NCBI GenBank assembly: GCA_964635715.1
Contig: CAZWNZ010000002.1
Span: 104,009 to 168,008, forward strand
Direction of reading: 5' to 3'
Origin: an uncultured Gammaproteobacteria bacterium
Lineage (GTDB): Bacteria; Patescibacteriota; Microgenomatia; UBA8517
DNA length: 64,000 nt
Made by a program: the position numbers and the translations under genes. Positions 55,918-64,000 of this stretch are shown here, piece by piece. Under the pieces are notes generated by a model. The model worked only from the letters and a program-made list of their open reading frames with translations. It was not told where the DNA came from and did not search any database. Numbering within the stretch: position 1 is the stretch's first letter; the number at the start of each line of letters is the position of its first letter.

Positions 55918-56568
55918 CTACACCGCTCCGACACCACTGATCATGGCAATGGGAGTTTTAAGAAGGATTTTAATATCCATTAAAAGACACTTCTTTTTTG
56001 CATACTCTGCATCCATTCTGATTCTTTTATCAAAATTTATATTACTCCTGCCCGTCACCTGCCAAAATCCGGTAATTCCGGGTTTGACTGTTTGGGTTTG
56101 CTTTACATATTTTTCAGTTCCCGGGTAGCGTATTTGCTGTTCGGTAAGTTCATCTGCATGGTAGGGTCTCGGACCAACCAAACTCATGTCACCCTTTAAT
56201 ACGTTTAGAAATTGGGGAGTTTCATCTATTGAGTATTTTCTTATAAACTTACCAAATTTTGTAACCCTAGGATCATCATGAAGTTTAAAACTCGACCTTT
56301 TATATTCGTTGTAAAGTTTTTTGAATCTCGGGTCTTTTGTTAATAGATAATCGGCATTGACAGGCATTGACCGAAATTTAAAAAGTCTGAATACTTTCCC
56401 GTTTTTACCGATTCTTTGCATATGAGCATTACTTTTTTCGACAAGAACCGGTCCGGGAGAAGTAATCTTAATAATAATTGCTGTTATTAACATAATGGGA
56501 GAAAAAATAATTAGAAGAATAGATGAAAGAAAAATGTCCATTACCCTTTTAATAATGTTGTATAGCAT
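55918..56568 (-). CDS. Priming sugar (phospho)transferase (WcaJ/ExoY-like)
   Basis: KRVMDI, FKFRSM, DPRVT, SIDETPQ, MSLVGPRP and KPGITG.WQV motifs. Confidence 0.93.
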   Translation of the reverse strand: MLYNIIKRVMDIFLSSILLIIFSPIMLITAIIIKITSPGPVLVEKSNAHMQRIGKNGKVFRLFKFRSMPVNADYLLTKDPRFKKLYNEYKRSSFKLHDDPRVTKFGKFIRKYSIDETPQFLNVLKGDMSLVGPRPYHADELTEQQIRYPGTEKYVKQTQTVKPGITGFWQVTGRSNINFDKRIRMDAEYAKKKCLLMDIKILLKTPIAMISGVGAV

Positions 56569-56570
56569 AT

Positions 56571-57725
56571 TTACAGAAGATCTACTCTTTTATCCTCTTT
56601 TAATTTTTCCACTATTTTTTTAACCGATTGGGCGTGGCTTTTTGAACAAACAAGAAGAGCTTTTTTTGTATCAACAATGACTACATTATCGACATCAACT
56701 ACCGCTATTAATTTCCCGTCAGTATGAATAAGCGCATCTGTTGTATCAATATTTATTACTTCGCCCCCTTTTTCCTCACCGGTAATTATTACATTTCCGT
56801 CGGTGTCCTTAGGTAAATTTTTCCAAACTTCATTCCAATCTCCAATATCAGTCCACGAATAATCAGCTATTATCATATAAAAGTTATCGGTTTTCTCTGA
56901 AATGGCATAATCGACTGAAATTTTCTCAAACTTCTTATATTCTCTTGTTATTACCTCTTTTTCATCAGGCTTCCCTAGATGTTCCTGGATAACTTTTATT
57001 CCCTCCGACAATATGTGTGCATGAATACCAACTTCCTTCAAAAATGTATCCGCTCTCCAAACATAATGATTGGCATTCCAGAAATAATCTCCGGACTCCG
57101 TATATTTCTTGGCCAATTCAAGCGGCGGCTTTTCTACATGAGCATCTCTTTTAAAAACATATCTGCCTTCCGAAGACGCCACTTTTTTACCTTTCTTTAA
57201 ATGACCAAGGCCTGTATGAGGATATAAAGGCCTAATTCCTATGGCCATCAAGCAGTTATTTTCGAACGAAAACTTACTGGCCGCCAGCATAGTCCTTTCA
57301 TAATTAAGTTGGGGTGTAACAAAATGGTCGGATGCGGCATTAATAATTACGGCCTGAGGGTCCTTATTCAAAATATAAGCCGCTCCTAAAGCATGAGCCG
57401 CAGCGCTATCCTTCCTTTCCGGTTCTACAATAACATTTTCAACAGGTACTTTTGGCAAAAGTTTTTTTATCTCGTCTCCATAGGCTTTAGTTGTCGTTAC
57501 TACAAATATCTTTTCCCACGGGAGCATTTTATTTAACCTTTCTCCTGTTATTTCAATAAGAGTCCTGCCGTTGAATATTTTAAGAAACTGTTTTGGAGTT
57601 TTATTTAAAGATTTTGGCCATAACCTTGTACCTCCGCCCCCGGCCAGAATCAATGCATATAAATGTTTTTTATAATCTTCCCCTTTCATTTTTTGTATTT
57701 TAGACAAAAATCCAGGAATTTTCAC
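56571..57725 (-). CDS. manC: Mannose-1-phosphate guanylyltransferase
   Basis: ILAGGGGTRLWP.S...PKQFL, VEKP, ISVDYAI and WTDIGDW motifs. Confidence 0.92.
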   Translation of the reverse strand: MKIPGFLSKIQKMKGEDYKKHLYALILAGGGGTRLWPKSLNKTPKQFLKIFNGRTLIEITGERLNKMLPWEKIFVVTTTKAYGDEIKKLLPKVPVENVIVEPERKDSAAAHALGAAYILNKDPQAVIINAASDHFVTPQLNYERTMLAASKFSFENNCLMAIGIRPLYPHTGLGHLKKGKKVASSEGRYVFKRDAHVEKPPLELAKKYTESGDYFWNANHYVWRADTFLKEVGIHAHILSEGIKVIQEHLGKPDEKEVITREYKKFEKISVDYAISEKTDNFYMIIADYSWTDIGDWNEVWKNLPKDTDGNVIITGEEKGGEVINIDTTDALIHTDGKLIAVVDVDNVVIVDTKKALLVCSKSHAQSVKKIVEKLKEDKRVDLL

Positions 57726-57731
57726 TAGCTA

Positions 57732-58829
57732 CTAGTGTAGCACCTTTTTGGTTAAATCAAGCAATTCTTTTTGAAACACTTTTTTTGAAAACCTTCTTGC
57801 ATTCGTCACGCATATATTATTTTTCTTGTCCCAATGATTCAAATCATTAAACTGCCTAATCGTTTTTTCTAAAGATGTGGGCGTTTGTTTGTCAAAAAAT
57901 ATACCGGTTTTGTCCGGAATTACTGTATCCAACGCCCCACCTTTTTTAAAAGCAATCACAGGAACTCCACGGGCTTGGGCCTCCACAGCCACAATTCCAA
58001 AATCCTCTTCTTGTGGCATAATTAGTGCCTTTGCGCTTTTGTAGTACTCATTAAGCCTTTCTTCACCCACCCTCCCCGCAAAAATAATATTTTTTCCGGC
58101 TATTTTTTTAAGTTTTGACTCTTCCCTACCTGTTCCAACAATCACCAGTGGATAATTTAATTTATTGAATGCTTTTATTGCCAAATCAACTTTTTTATAA
58201 CCATAATCCAATCTCGAAACTAAAAGATAATAATTTTTTGATTGATAATTGATGATTGATGATTGGCGATTAACTACGTCAACGGGTGGAAAAATTATTA
58301 CAGAATCCCTGCCGTAATACTTTTTAATTCGTTTTTGAACTTCCGTAGAAATTGCAACCATGAAGTCAGGTCTTCGGGATGCTTTTTTATCTAGCCACCG
58401 AAGAAAACTAACAATAGGCCAACTGACAACTTTAAAGGCCGGACCTTTAAAGTATTGGTCATACCCGCTCCAAAGATATCTTGTAGACGTTAAACAATAG
58501 CAAATGTGTTTTGTTTTTCCTTCTGTTTTAATATTTTTGGCAAACTCTGAAGTAATAGATATAACCAAATCGTATTTTGAAAAATCAAAACTCGAAAAAG
58601 CCAGGGGCATAAGAAGAGCCAAAAATTCATGGTTGGACCTTAAAATTGGGATTCTTTGTAAAAACGATGTGTAAACTTTCGGAAATGCTTTTGCCCAAGG
58701 AGCTTTAGCAGGATCGTATACTGAGGTGTAAAGAGGAGCCCGCGGGTATATTTCGTGCAATGCGAGAAGAACGCGTTCCGCTCCTCCCCATTTATTTACC
58801 CGATCGTATACTATTGCAACCTTTTTCAT
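57732..58829 (-). CDS. GT4 glycosyltransferase (WbaZ-like mannosyltransferase)
   Basis: GGAERVL and EEDFGIVAVEAQARG motifs. Confidence 0.9.
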   Translation of the reverse strand: MKKVAIVYDRVNKWGGAERVLLALHEIYPRAPLYTSVYDPAKAPWAKAFPKVYTSFLQRIPILRSNHEFLALLMPLAFSSFDFSKYDLVISITSEFAKNIKTEGKTKHICYCLTSTRYLWSGYDQYFKGPAFKVVSWPIVSFLRWLDKKASRRPDFMVAISTEVQKRIKKYYGRDSVIIFPPVDVVNRQSSIINYQSKNYYLLVSRLDYGYKKVDLAIKAFNKLNYPLVIVGTGREESKLKKIAGKNIIFAGRVGEERLNEYYKSAKALIMPQEEDFGIVAVEAQARGVPVIAFKKGGALDTVIPDKTGIFFDKQTPTSLEKTIRQFNDLNHWDKKNNICVTNARRFSKKVFQKELLDLTKKVLH

Positions 58830-59916
58830 AAATTTTCAAAGTTTCTTTGGCCATTTTATCCCAAGAATAAATTTTTACAAATTCTTTGGCATCTTTTATT
58901 CTTTTTTCTCTTTCATTTTTATCCATCTCCAAAGCAGTTTTCAACGACTTAGCAATAGCCTCCGGATCTTTAGGATCAAAATATAAAGCGTTATTCTTAT
59001 AAACTTCCTTCAAGACAGGAATGTTGGAAGCCAAAACCAAAGTGCCTACATCCATCGCTTCAAGCCCGGGAAGTCCGAATCCTTCGGAAAGCGTAGGAAA
59101 AACAAAAGCAGTTGAGCCAAGAAGCAAACCGCCAAGCTTTTTATCCGGCACAAAACCCAATAATTTAATAAAATTCTGTGCTTTTTCTTTTTCAATCAAC
59201 TTATTTATTCTTTGAGTAAAAATATTCCTCGCACCCGAAATTGCCAGAACCGTCTTTTGATCATATTTTGTATTCAATATTTTTATCGCTTTTACTAAAT
59301 TGCCTAGATTTTTATGAGGGTATGCATTACCTATGAATGAAAAATATGGTTTTTTAATATCAATTTCCTTACTAACGGATATATTTGAATCAAAACCTTC
59401 ATAAGTAACAACTACTTTTTGAGGATCAATATTGTACTCATAAACAATTTGATCCCTGACTGCACAACTGGGTGTAATAACCCTTATTGACCCTTTTATT
59501 GCATGCCTAAACACAGCTTTATAACCAATCCTCTTGATGAAGTATTTAATCGGCGGAAGTGTTGTTGCAGAAAGTCCGACACTTCTATGCATAAGCATGT
59601 CGTGAATTGTAACTATATATTTACCCCTAAAGAAAACCGGAACGTTAAAATGAGGAAAGTGCACCAAGTCAGGGTTTTCTTTCTTAATAATGCCGGGTAG
59701 TTTAAACTGTTCCACAAAACTGTAATGTCCAAAATCAGCTTCAATTTTTTTCCAATTTTCCGGAAGTTTCAATGAGTCGTAGTATTTTTTGCGAAGTAAT
59801 ATTGAGTATTGATTCTCTTTATCTATTTTTGTTAAACCGTCAATCAAATTCATTACATATCGTCCCAAACCGGTATTTTCCAATCCGTAGAGGCGGCCAT
59901 CCAGTAGTATTTTCAT
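58792..59916 (-). CDS. GT4 glycosyltransferase
   Basis: TGLGRY, TIHD, YPHKN and EGFGLPGLEA motifs. Confidence 0.92.
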   Translation of the reverse strand: MKILLDGRLYGLENTGLGRYVMNLIDGLTKIDKENQYSILLRKKYYDSLKLPENWKKIEADFGHYSFVEQFKLPGIIKKENPDLVHFPHFNVPVFFRGKYIVTIHDMLMHRSVGLSATTLPPIKYFIKRIGYKAVFRHAIKGSIRVITPSCAVRDQIVYEYNIDPQKVVVTYEGFDSNISVSKEIDIKKPYFSFIGNAYPHKNLGNLVKAIKILNTKYDQKTVLAISGARNIFTQRINKLIEKEKAQNFIKLLGFVPDKKLGGLLLGSTAFVFPTLSEGFGLPGLEAMDVGTLVLASNIPVLKEVYKNNALYFDPKDPEAIAKSLKTALEMDKNEREKRIKDAKEFVKIYSWDKMAKETLKIYEKGCNSIRSGK

Positions 59917-59922
59917 TAAAGA

Positions 59923-60804
59923 TTAATACGAAGAAAGAAACACAACTCTAATGTATCTGACTATTTTGAACATGTTTATTCCAAAAACCACGAAATAATC
60001 AAACCAGATAGGATACTTTTTCCAAAGATTTTTTCTGAAAAATCTTTCCATTGAAGCTACTCCCGCCAAACGGATTTTCTTCCTTTGTTGGGGTGAAACT
60101 TTATGCCTCCATTTTGATACCTTACCTTTGGTAACACCTTTAAGGTGAGTTACCGTTGTTTCCGGATAGTAAATAAGTTTGTACCCTGCTTTATTTACTT
60201 GATAACAAAGATCCACATCTTCTCCGTCAAAAAAGTACCCTTCATCAAACCACCCAACTTTGTCCAAAATCTTTTTCCACGTTAGGAAAAATGCACCTTG
60301 GATGGCCTCAACTTCGTGAGTGGCGCTCTCAGGTATTTCTTCATAATAATATTCTTTAGTTATTCCAAGTGCTAAACGGTTAAAAGAAATTCTGGGGGTG
60401 GGAAAACGACGTCTGATGTCTTTATCCATTTGACCGTTAGCCAAAACCAATTTGCATGTAAGTGCTCCAACATCCGAATGCTCTTTTAAATATCTTACTG
60501 TTTTAAAGAAAACGTCCTTATGAACTACTGTGTCGGGATTAAGAAATAAAACCATACTGCCTTCAACTAAGGGTCTGGCACGATTATTTCCTTTTGAAAA
60601 ACCTTCGTTCGGTCCTTCAATATATTTCACCCAGGGAAACTTTTTCTTTATCATTTCGGGGCTGCCGTCAGTAGAAGAATTGTCGGAAACAATTACTTCC
60701 ATCGATACCTCGTCCATATGTGCTTTAACCGAGTTGAGGCAATCCTCCAGAAGTTCTTTTGTGTTGTAATTTAAAATTATTACTGAAAGTTCAGGTTTTT
60801 TCAT
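59923..60804 (-). CDS. GT2 glycosyltransferase (WbbL-like)
   Basis: IILNYN, DNSSTDG, FLNPD and FDEGYFFDGEDVDLC motifs. Confidence 0.9.
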   Translation of the reverse strand: MKKPELSVIILNYNTKELLEDCLNSVKAHMDEVSMEVIVSDNSSTDGSPEMIKKKFPWVKYIEGPNEGFSKGNNRARPLVEGSMVLFLNPDTVVHKDVFFKTVRYLKEHSDVGALTCKLVLANGQMDKDIRRRFPTPRISFNRLALGITKEYYYEEIPESATHEVEAIQGAFFLTWKKILDKVGWFDEGYFFDGEDVDLCYQVNKAGYKLIYYPETTVTHLKGVTKGKVSKWRHKVSPQQRKKIRLAGVASMERFFRKNLWKKYPIWFDYFVVFGINMFKIVRYIRVVFLSSY

Positions 60805-62000
60805 TTCTTCGCGTTTGTAACATAAATCTTATTCAGACACTCTCCCATTTTATACCAACTAAATTTTTCCTCAACTAGTTTTCTCGCATTTGACGCAATT
60901 CTCTTAGCCATCTTATCATCTTTCAATATACATAGTGTTGCATCAATTATCGTAGAAATACTATTTCTAATAAGAACATCTTTTTCGTCTGTGGCGCTTA
61001 GGCCTTCCGCCCCAACGGAAGTGGTTACAAGAGGCAGTTTTGCTGCCATGGCGGCCAAGTGCTTTAACCTTGTTCCACCCGGACCCCTGAGAGGAGAAAC
61101 AAAGACCGAGGATCGATAATAAGCATTCCTTATACCATCTTGATCATCCTCACGTAAATTGTCGATAATTATCCCATCGGATTTGAAAGAAAGAATGTTT
61201 TCCGGAATGTGTTGTCCTACAATCCAGATTTTGACTTTGGGATTTATATTTCTTACGGCAGGGTAAACTTCCTTCAATAAAAGTTCTGCAGCTTCAACAT
61301 TTTGTAGCCATTTGAAATTCGCTATAAAAAGAATCTTGGGACTTTTTGATTTCCATGACTCTTTCTGTTTGAAAAAATCCAAATTAACACCATTGGGAAC
61401 CAGATCAACTTTCAACCCAGGAACCAGCTTTAGCATTTCTTTTTTATCCGATTCCGAAACGGCAACTACCCCATCTGCTTTCTTCCAAAATCTTGTTTCC
61501 CAAAATTTAAGTTTCGCCACATCTATTGATAAAATCCATCTCAAAAACGGATTTTTAATTCCCTCCACATAATGTTTATAAACTAAATATTCTATTGTCT
61601 GCTCAACCAGAAGAATGGGAATTTTTGTTTCCGGAATGTGAGGCATGACATAAAAGGTTTCCGCATGTATCAGATCATAATGAACATTTTTAATCTCTTC
61701 CTCTACTGCTTTCTTTTGCTGGGGAGAAAGGTTCCTAATAACCAAAAACGGGTATGGTCCAAATCCTGTCAGAAAAATATTTCTTAGTGTCCAAGGGGAC
61801 TTTGAACGTCTAAACACTCTTACTTTGCTGCAATATTTTTCAAGTTCGGGGATAAATCTTTTTTCTGAGTCGTCTTTGATCAATGAAAATAAAGTAATCT
61901 CATGCTTTTTGCTCAAACTTTTTATGAGGTTATAGGAGCGGATTTGCCCACCGGATGAATCCGGAAAAGGCAAGTATGGAGTCAGCATTAGTATCTTCAT
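60801..62000 (-). CDS. GT4 glycosyltransferase
   Basis: SGGQIR, VPNGV and PLRGPGGTRLK..AAMA motifs. Confidence 0.9.
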   Translation of the reverse strand: MKILMLTPYLPFPDSSGGQIRSYNLIKSLSKKHEITLFSLIKDDSEKRFIPELEKYCSKVRVFRRSKSPWTLRNIFLTGFGPYPFLVIRNLSPQQKKAVEEEIKNVHYDLIHAETFYVMPHIPETKIPILLVEQTIEYLVYKHYVEGIKNPFLRWILSIDVAKLKFWETRFWKKADGVVAVSESDKKEMLKLVPGLKVDLVPNGVNLDFFKQKESWKSKSPKILFIANFKWLQNVEAAELLLKEVYPAVRNINPKVKIWIVGQHIPENILSFKSDGIIIDNLREDDQDGIRNAYYRSSVFVSPLRGPGGTRLKHLAAMAAKLPLVTTSVGAEGLSATDEKDVLIRNSISTIIDATLCILKDDKMAKRIASNARKLVEEKFSWYKMGECLNKIYVTNAKK

Positions 62001-63463
62001 AATTCAGAATGCAAATCAATAATGAGATATCTGTCAGTTTTCTCAATAGTTTTAAATCTTCCCTCAATCATTTTTGTATCTTTGCTTCCCAAGTCTACCG
62101 AAACATAATAGTCAGCGCCTCGACTGATTATATTATCTATCGAATCATCAATTGCCGGCCACCCCCAACGTTTTGTTTGATACAAAAAAGCAGTGTCTCC
62201 ATTGTATGGAATAACTATCAAGGCGTCTTTTGGTGTAATTTCATCAATTCTTTTACCTATCTCAATCAATTCCGGATGGTTGACTGCATAATTTCCTTTT
62301 ATTTGATTCCAACCCGTAATCAACATTACTCCGATAGAAATTATTAATATAATTCTTGAGGTAAGTTTATTGAAAATTTGATTATTCCAAAGGTAATAAG
62401 AACCGGAAGCCAGCGCCAAAGAAAGAGATGGAATGATAAGTATTTGATAATAGTCATGCATCACATTAGCGTTTGCTACAAAAATAACATAGAAAAAAGA
62501 GCCGCCCAGAAAAGTTTGAATAAATAGATTCTTTGTTTTTGTATTTAAAACTCCAAAGATAAAAGGTATCAAACCAAGAGATCCAAGAATAATATGCCCC
62601 AATCTTTCTCCAAAAATCCAATACCACCACGAAGGTCTAAATCTGATGAGATTTCCGTTGAAAGCCCATTTATAAAAAGGGATTCCGGCCGGGTAGTTTG
62701 CTTCCCACACTCTCCAGATAAAAAGTGGGGCAAAACAGATTAATAAGTAAAGCAAAGTACCGACTATTAAATGTTTATCTTTAAAAAAGTTTTTGATCCC
62801 ATACTTTTTTACAGCCAAATAAATAATCGGTAAGAGATAAACCCCTAAATACGGTTTAATCAGAAGTGCTGCTGCAAAAAATATTGCAGAGACCAAAATC
62901 AGTATTTTCTTACCGCTATAAAAAAATTCAAGAAATGCCCAGAGAGAAATTACCCCAAACATTACCCCCATCGGATCCGGAAGTATCACCCTGGTAAAGT
63001 AAATATTAAAAGGAATTAAAAGATAAAAAAACGCACTTAAAATCCCTGTCCATTTGCCGATAATTTTTTTGCCAATCAAATAAAGAAAAAGAGCAGTTGT
63101 AACTGCGCAAGCTATCGTAATTAGCCTTGCCCACACTTCAAGAGAAAGAAAAGGAAACGTTTGAAACAGTAGGGCATTTAAGGCATTATAAAAAGGGAAT
63201 TCAACCATTCTGTAGCCTTCCGGATTATCAATTCCAGATTGGATACTGGAAACATCGTGATATCTTGGAACCAATAAATTAATTCCTTCATCTACATAGA
63301 TTTTACTAACTGAAGCTGTATCGGCTTGGCGCCAGGAATGCCAATCAGCAATTGGGTTATTAATTTTATACAAACGTACTAAGACACCTAAAATAAGCAC
63401 AATTGTTAACAAAACATACTCAAAATATTTACTTTTTATAAAATGTATAAATTTATTCTTCAT
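61997..63463 (-). CDS. GT-C (ArnT/PMT_2-like) membrane glycosyltransferase
   Basis: DWHSWRQADT loop, EFP and HDYYQ motifs; many TM helices. Confidence 0.8.
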   Translation of the reverse strand: MKNKFIHFIKSKYFEYVLLTIVLILGVLVRLYKINNPIADWHSWRQADTASVSKIYVDEGINLLVPRYHDVSSIQSGIDNPEGYRMVEFPFYNALNALLFQTFPFLSLEVWARLITIACAVTTALFLYLIGKKIIGKWTGILSAFFYLLIPFNIYFTRVILPDPMGVMFGVISLWAFLEFFYSGKKILILVSAIFFAAALLIKPYLGVYLLPIIYLAVKKYGIKNFFKDKHLIVGTLLYLLICFAPLFIWRVWEANYPAGIPFYKWAFNGNLIRFRPSWWYWIFGERLGHIILGSLGLIPFIFGVLNTKTKNLFIQTFLGGSFFYVIFVANANVMHDYYQILIIPSLSLALASGSYYLWNNQIFNKLTSRIILIISIGVMLITGWNQIKGNYAVNHPELIEIGKRIDEITPKDALIVIPYNGDTAFLYQTKRWGWPAIDDSIDNIISRGADYYVSVDLGSKDTKMIEGRFKTIEKTDRYLIIDLHSEL

Positions 63464-64000
63464 TTAATTTAGACTTGACCAAACTCACGGCACAACCCAA
63501 TATTAGCCAGAAAATAATTGCCAACTTTGATGCTTCAAATATATCAATAAGAATTGCCGTAGCAAAAGTCCCTGCGACTCCTCCAAACACTCCATAAAGA
63601 AAACTTTTTTCAAACTTGCTAAGTTTATCCTTTATTGAAAAAGTTTTAATAAGAATTTTACCTATGCTTAAAAATACAAGAACAAAGGCTGACAGTCCCA
63701 AAATACCCGTTTCTCCAAGCATTCTTAGATAATCGTTATCGGTTGCCAAATCGATAGATGAATAACCGGTTCCCAAAATTGGGTTCTTATAAAAAGCACG
63801 AATAGCTCTTGGCCATTCTACATTAAGTCTTATAGAAACTGAAACATCATTAACTATCGGTGCGGGTGTGGAAGTGGGCAGGGGCGTTGCACTGGGAATG
63901 GTAGTTGAATCAGCTGCCAAAACTGATAATCCTGCAACATAGCCAAATTCAGCACCTGTTGTTATATGCCTGTAAAAAACATTTATTGCCCTGGAAAATC
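63453..64000 (-). CDS. O-antigen ligase-like protein, C-terminal part (5' truncated by window edge)
   Basis: Frame is open to the window end; IRLNVEWPRA...PILGTG...DNDYLR.LGETG motif. Confidence 0.75.
   Translation of the reverse strand, partial: FSRAINVFYRHITTGAEFGYVAGLSVLAADSTTIPSATPLPTSTPAPIVNDVSVSIRLNVEWPRAIRAFYKNPILGTGYSSIDLATDNDYLRMLGETGILGLSAFVLVFLSIGKILIKTFSIKDKLSKFEKSFLYGVFGGVAGTFATAILIDIFEASKLAIIFWLILGCAVSLVKSKLNEE

Noticed and set aside
859-62347. Numerous 60-117 aa ORFs nested in or antisense to long genes
   Set aside because: They overlap well-supported genes and show no motifs; treated as shadow ORFs.

Overview
Low-GC bacterial chromosomal window, most consistent with a Candidate Phyla Radiation (Patescibacteria, Microgenomates-like) organism. 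This is inferred from DUF4012, alpha2-type GlyRS, type-2 IleRS, short RecO, many GT-C membrane proteins and mostly leaderless genes. Almost all genes are on the minus strand. Layout: (1) 378-8614 end of a surface-glycan locus; (2) 8690-10963 secreted Kelch-propeller/lipase fusion; (3) tRNA-Val(CAC), guaB/guaC-like gene with a compact structured leader, lepB, parB, rpmA, an antisense HhH-GPD-like gene splitting rplU-rpmA, rplU, rodA, ileS; (4) 21214-43322 an unusually complete dcw cluster (mraZ to ftsZ) with murA, yvcK/glmR, a MurE::GlmU-uridyltransferase fusion, a NUDIX gene, an orphan PLP-fold gene and murI; (5) glyQS, tspO, LCP and an accessory patch (PD-(D/E)XK nuclease, cupin, DEDD exonuclease, DUF3175 pseudogene, Gre-like, NUDIX, ZIP, recO); (6) 53855-64000 a second glycan locus. 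No CRISPR array, rRNA, transposase or prophage was seen. Best candidates for new biology: the murA-yvcK-murE::glmU salvage-like module with the orphan PLP enzyme, the glycosylase-like gene inside rplU-rpmA, the GVHH-motif IleRS2, the guaB leader RNA, and a dispersed 19-20 nt tandem-GA hairpin repeat near promoters. All calls come from motif recognition by eye; no searches were run.
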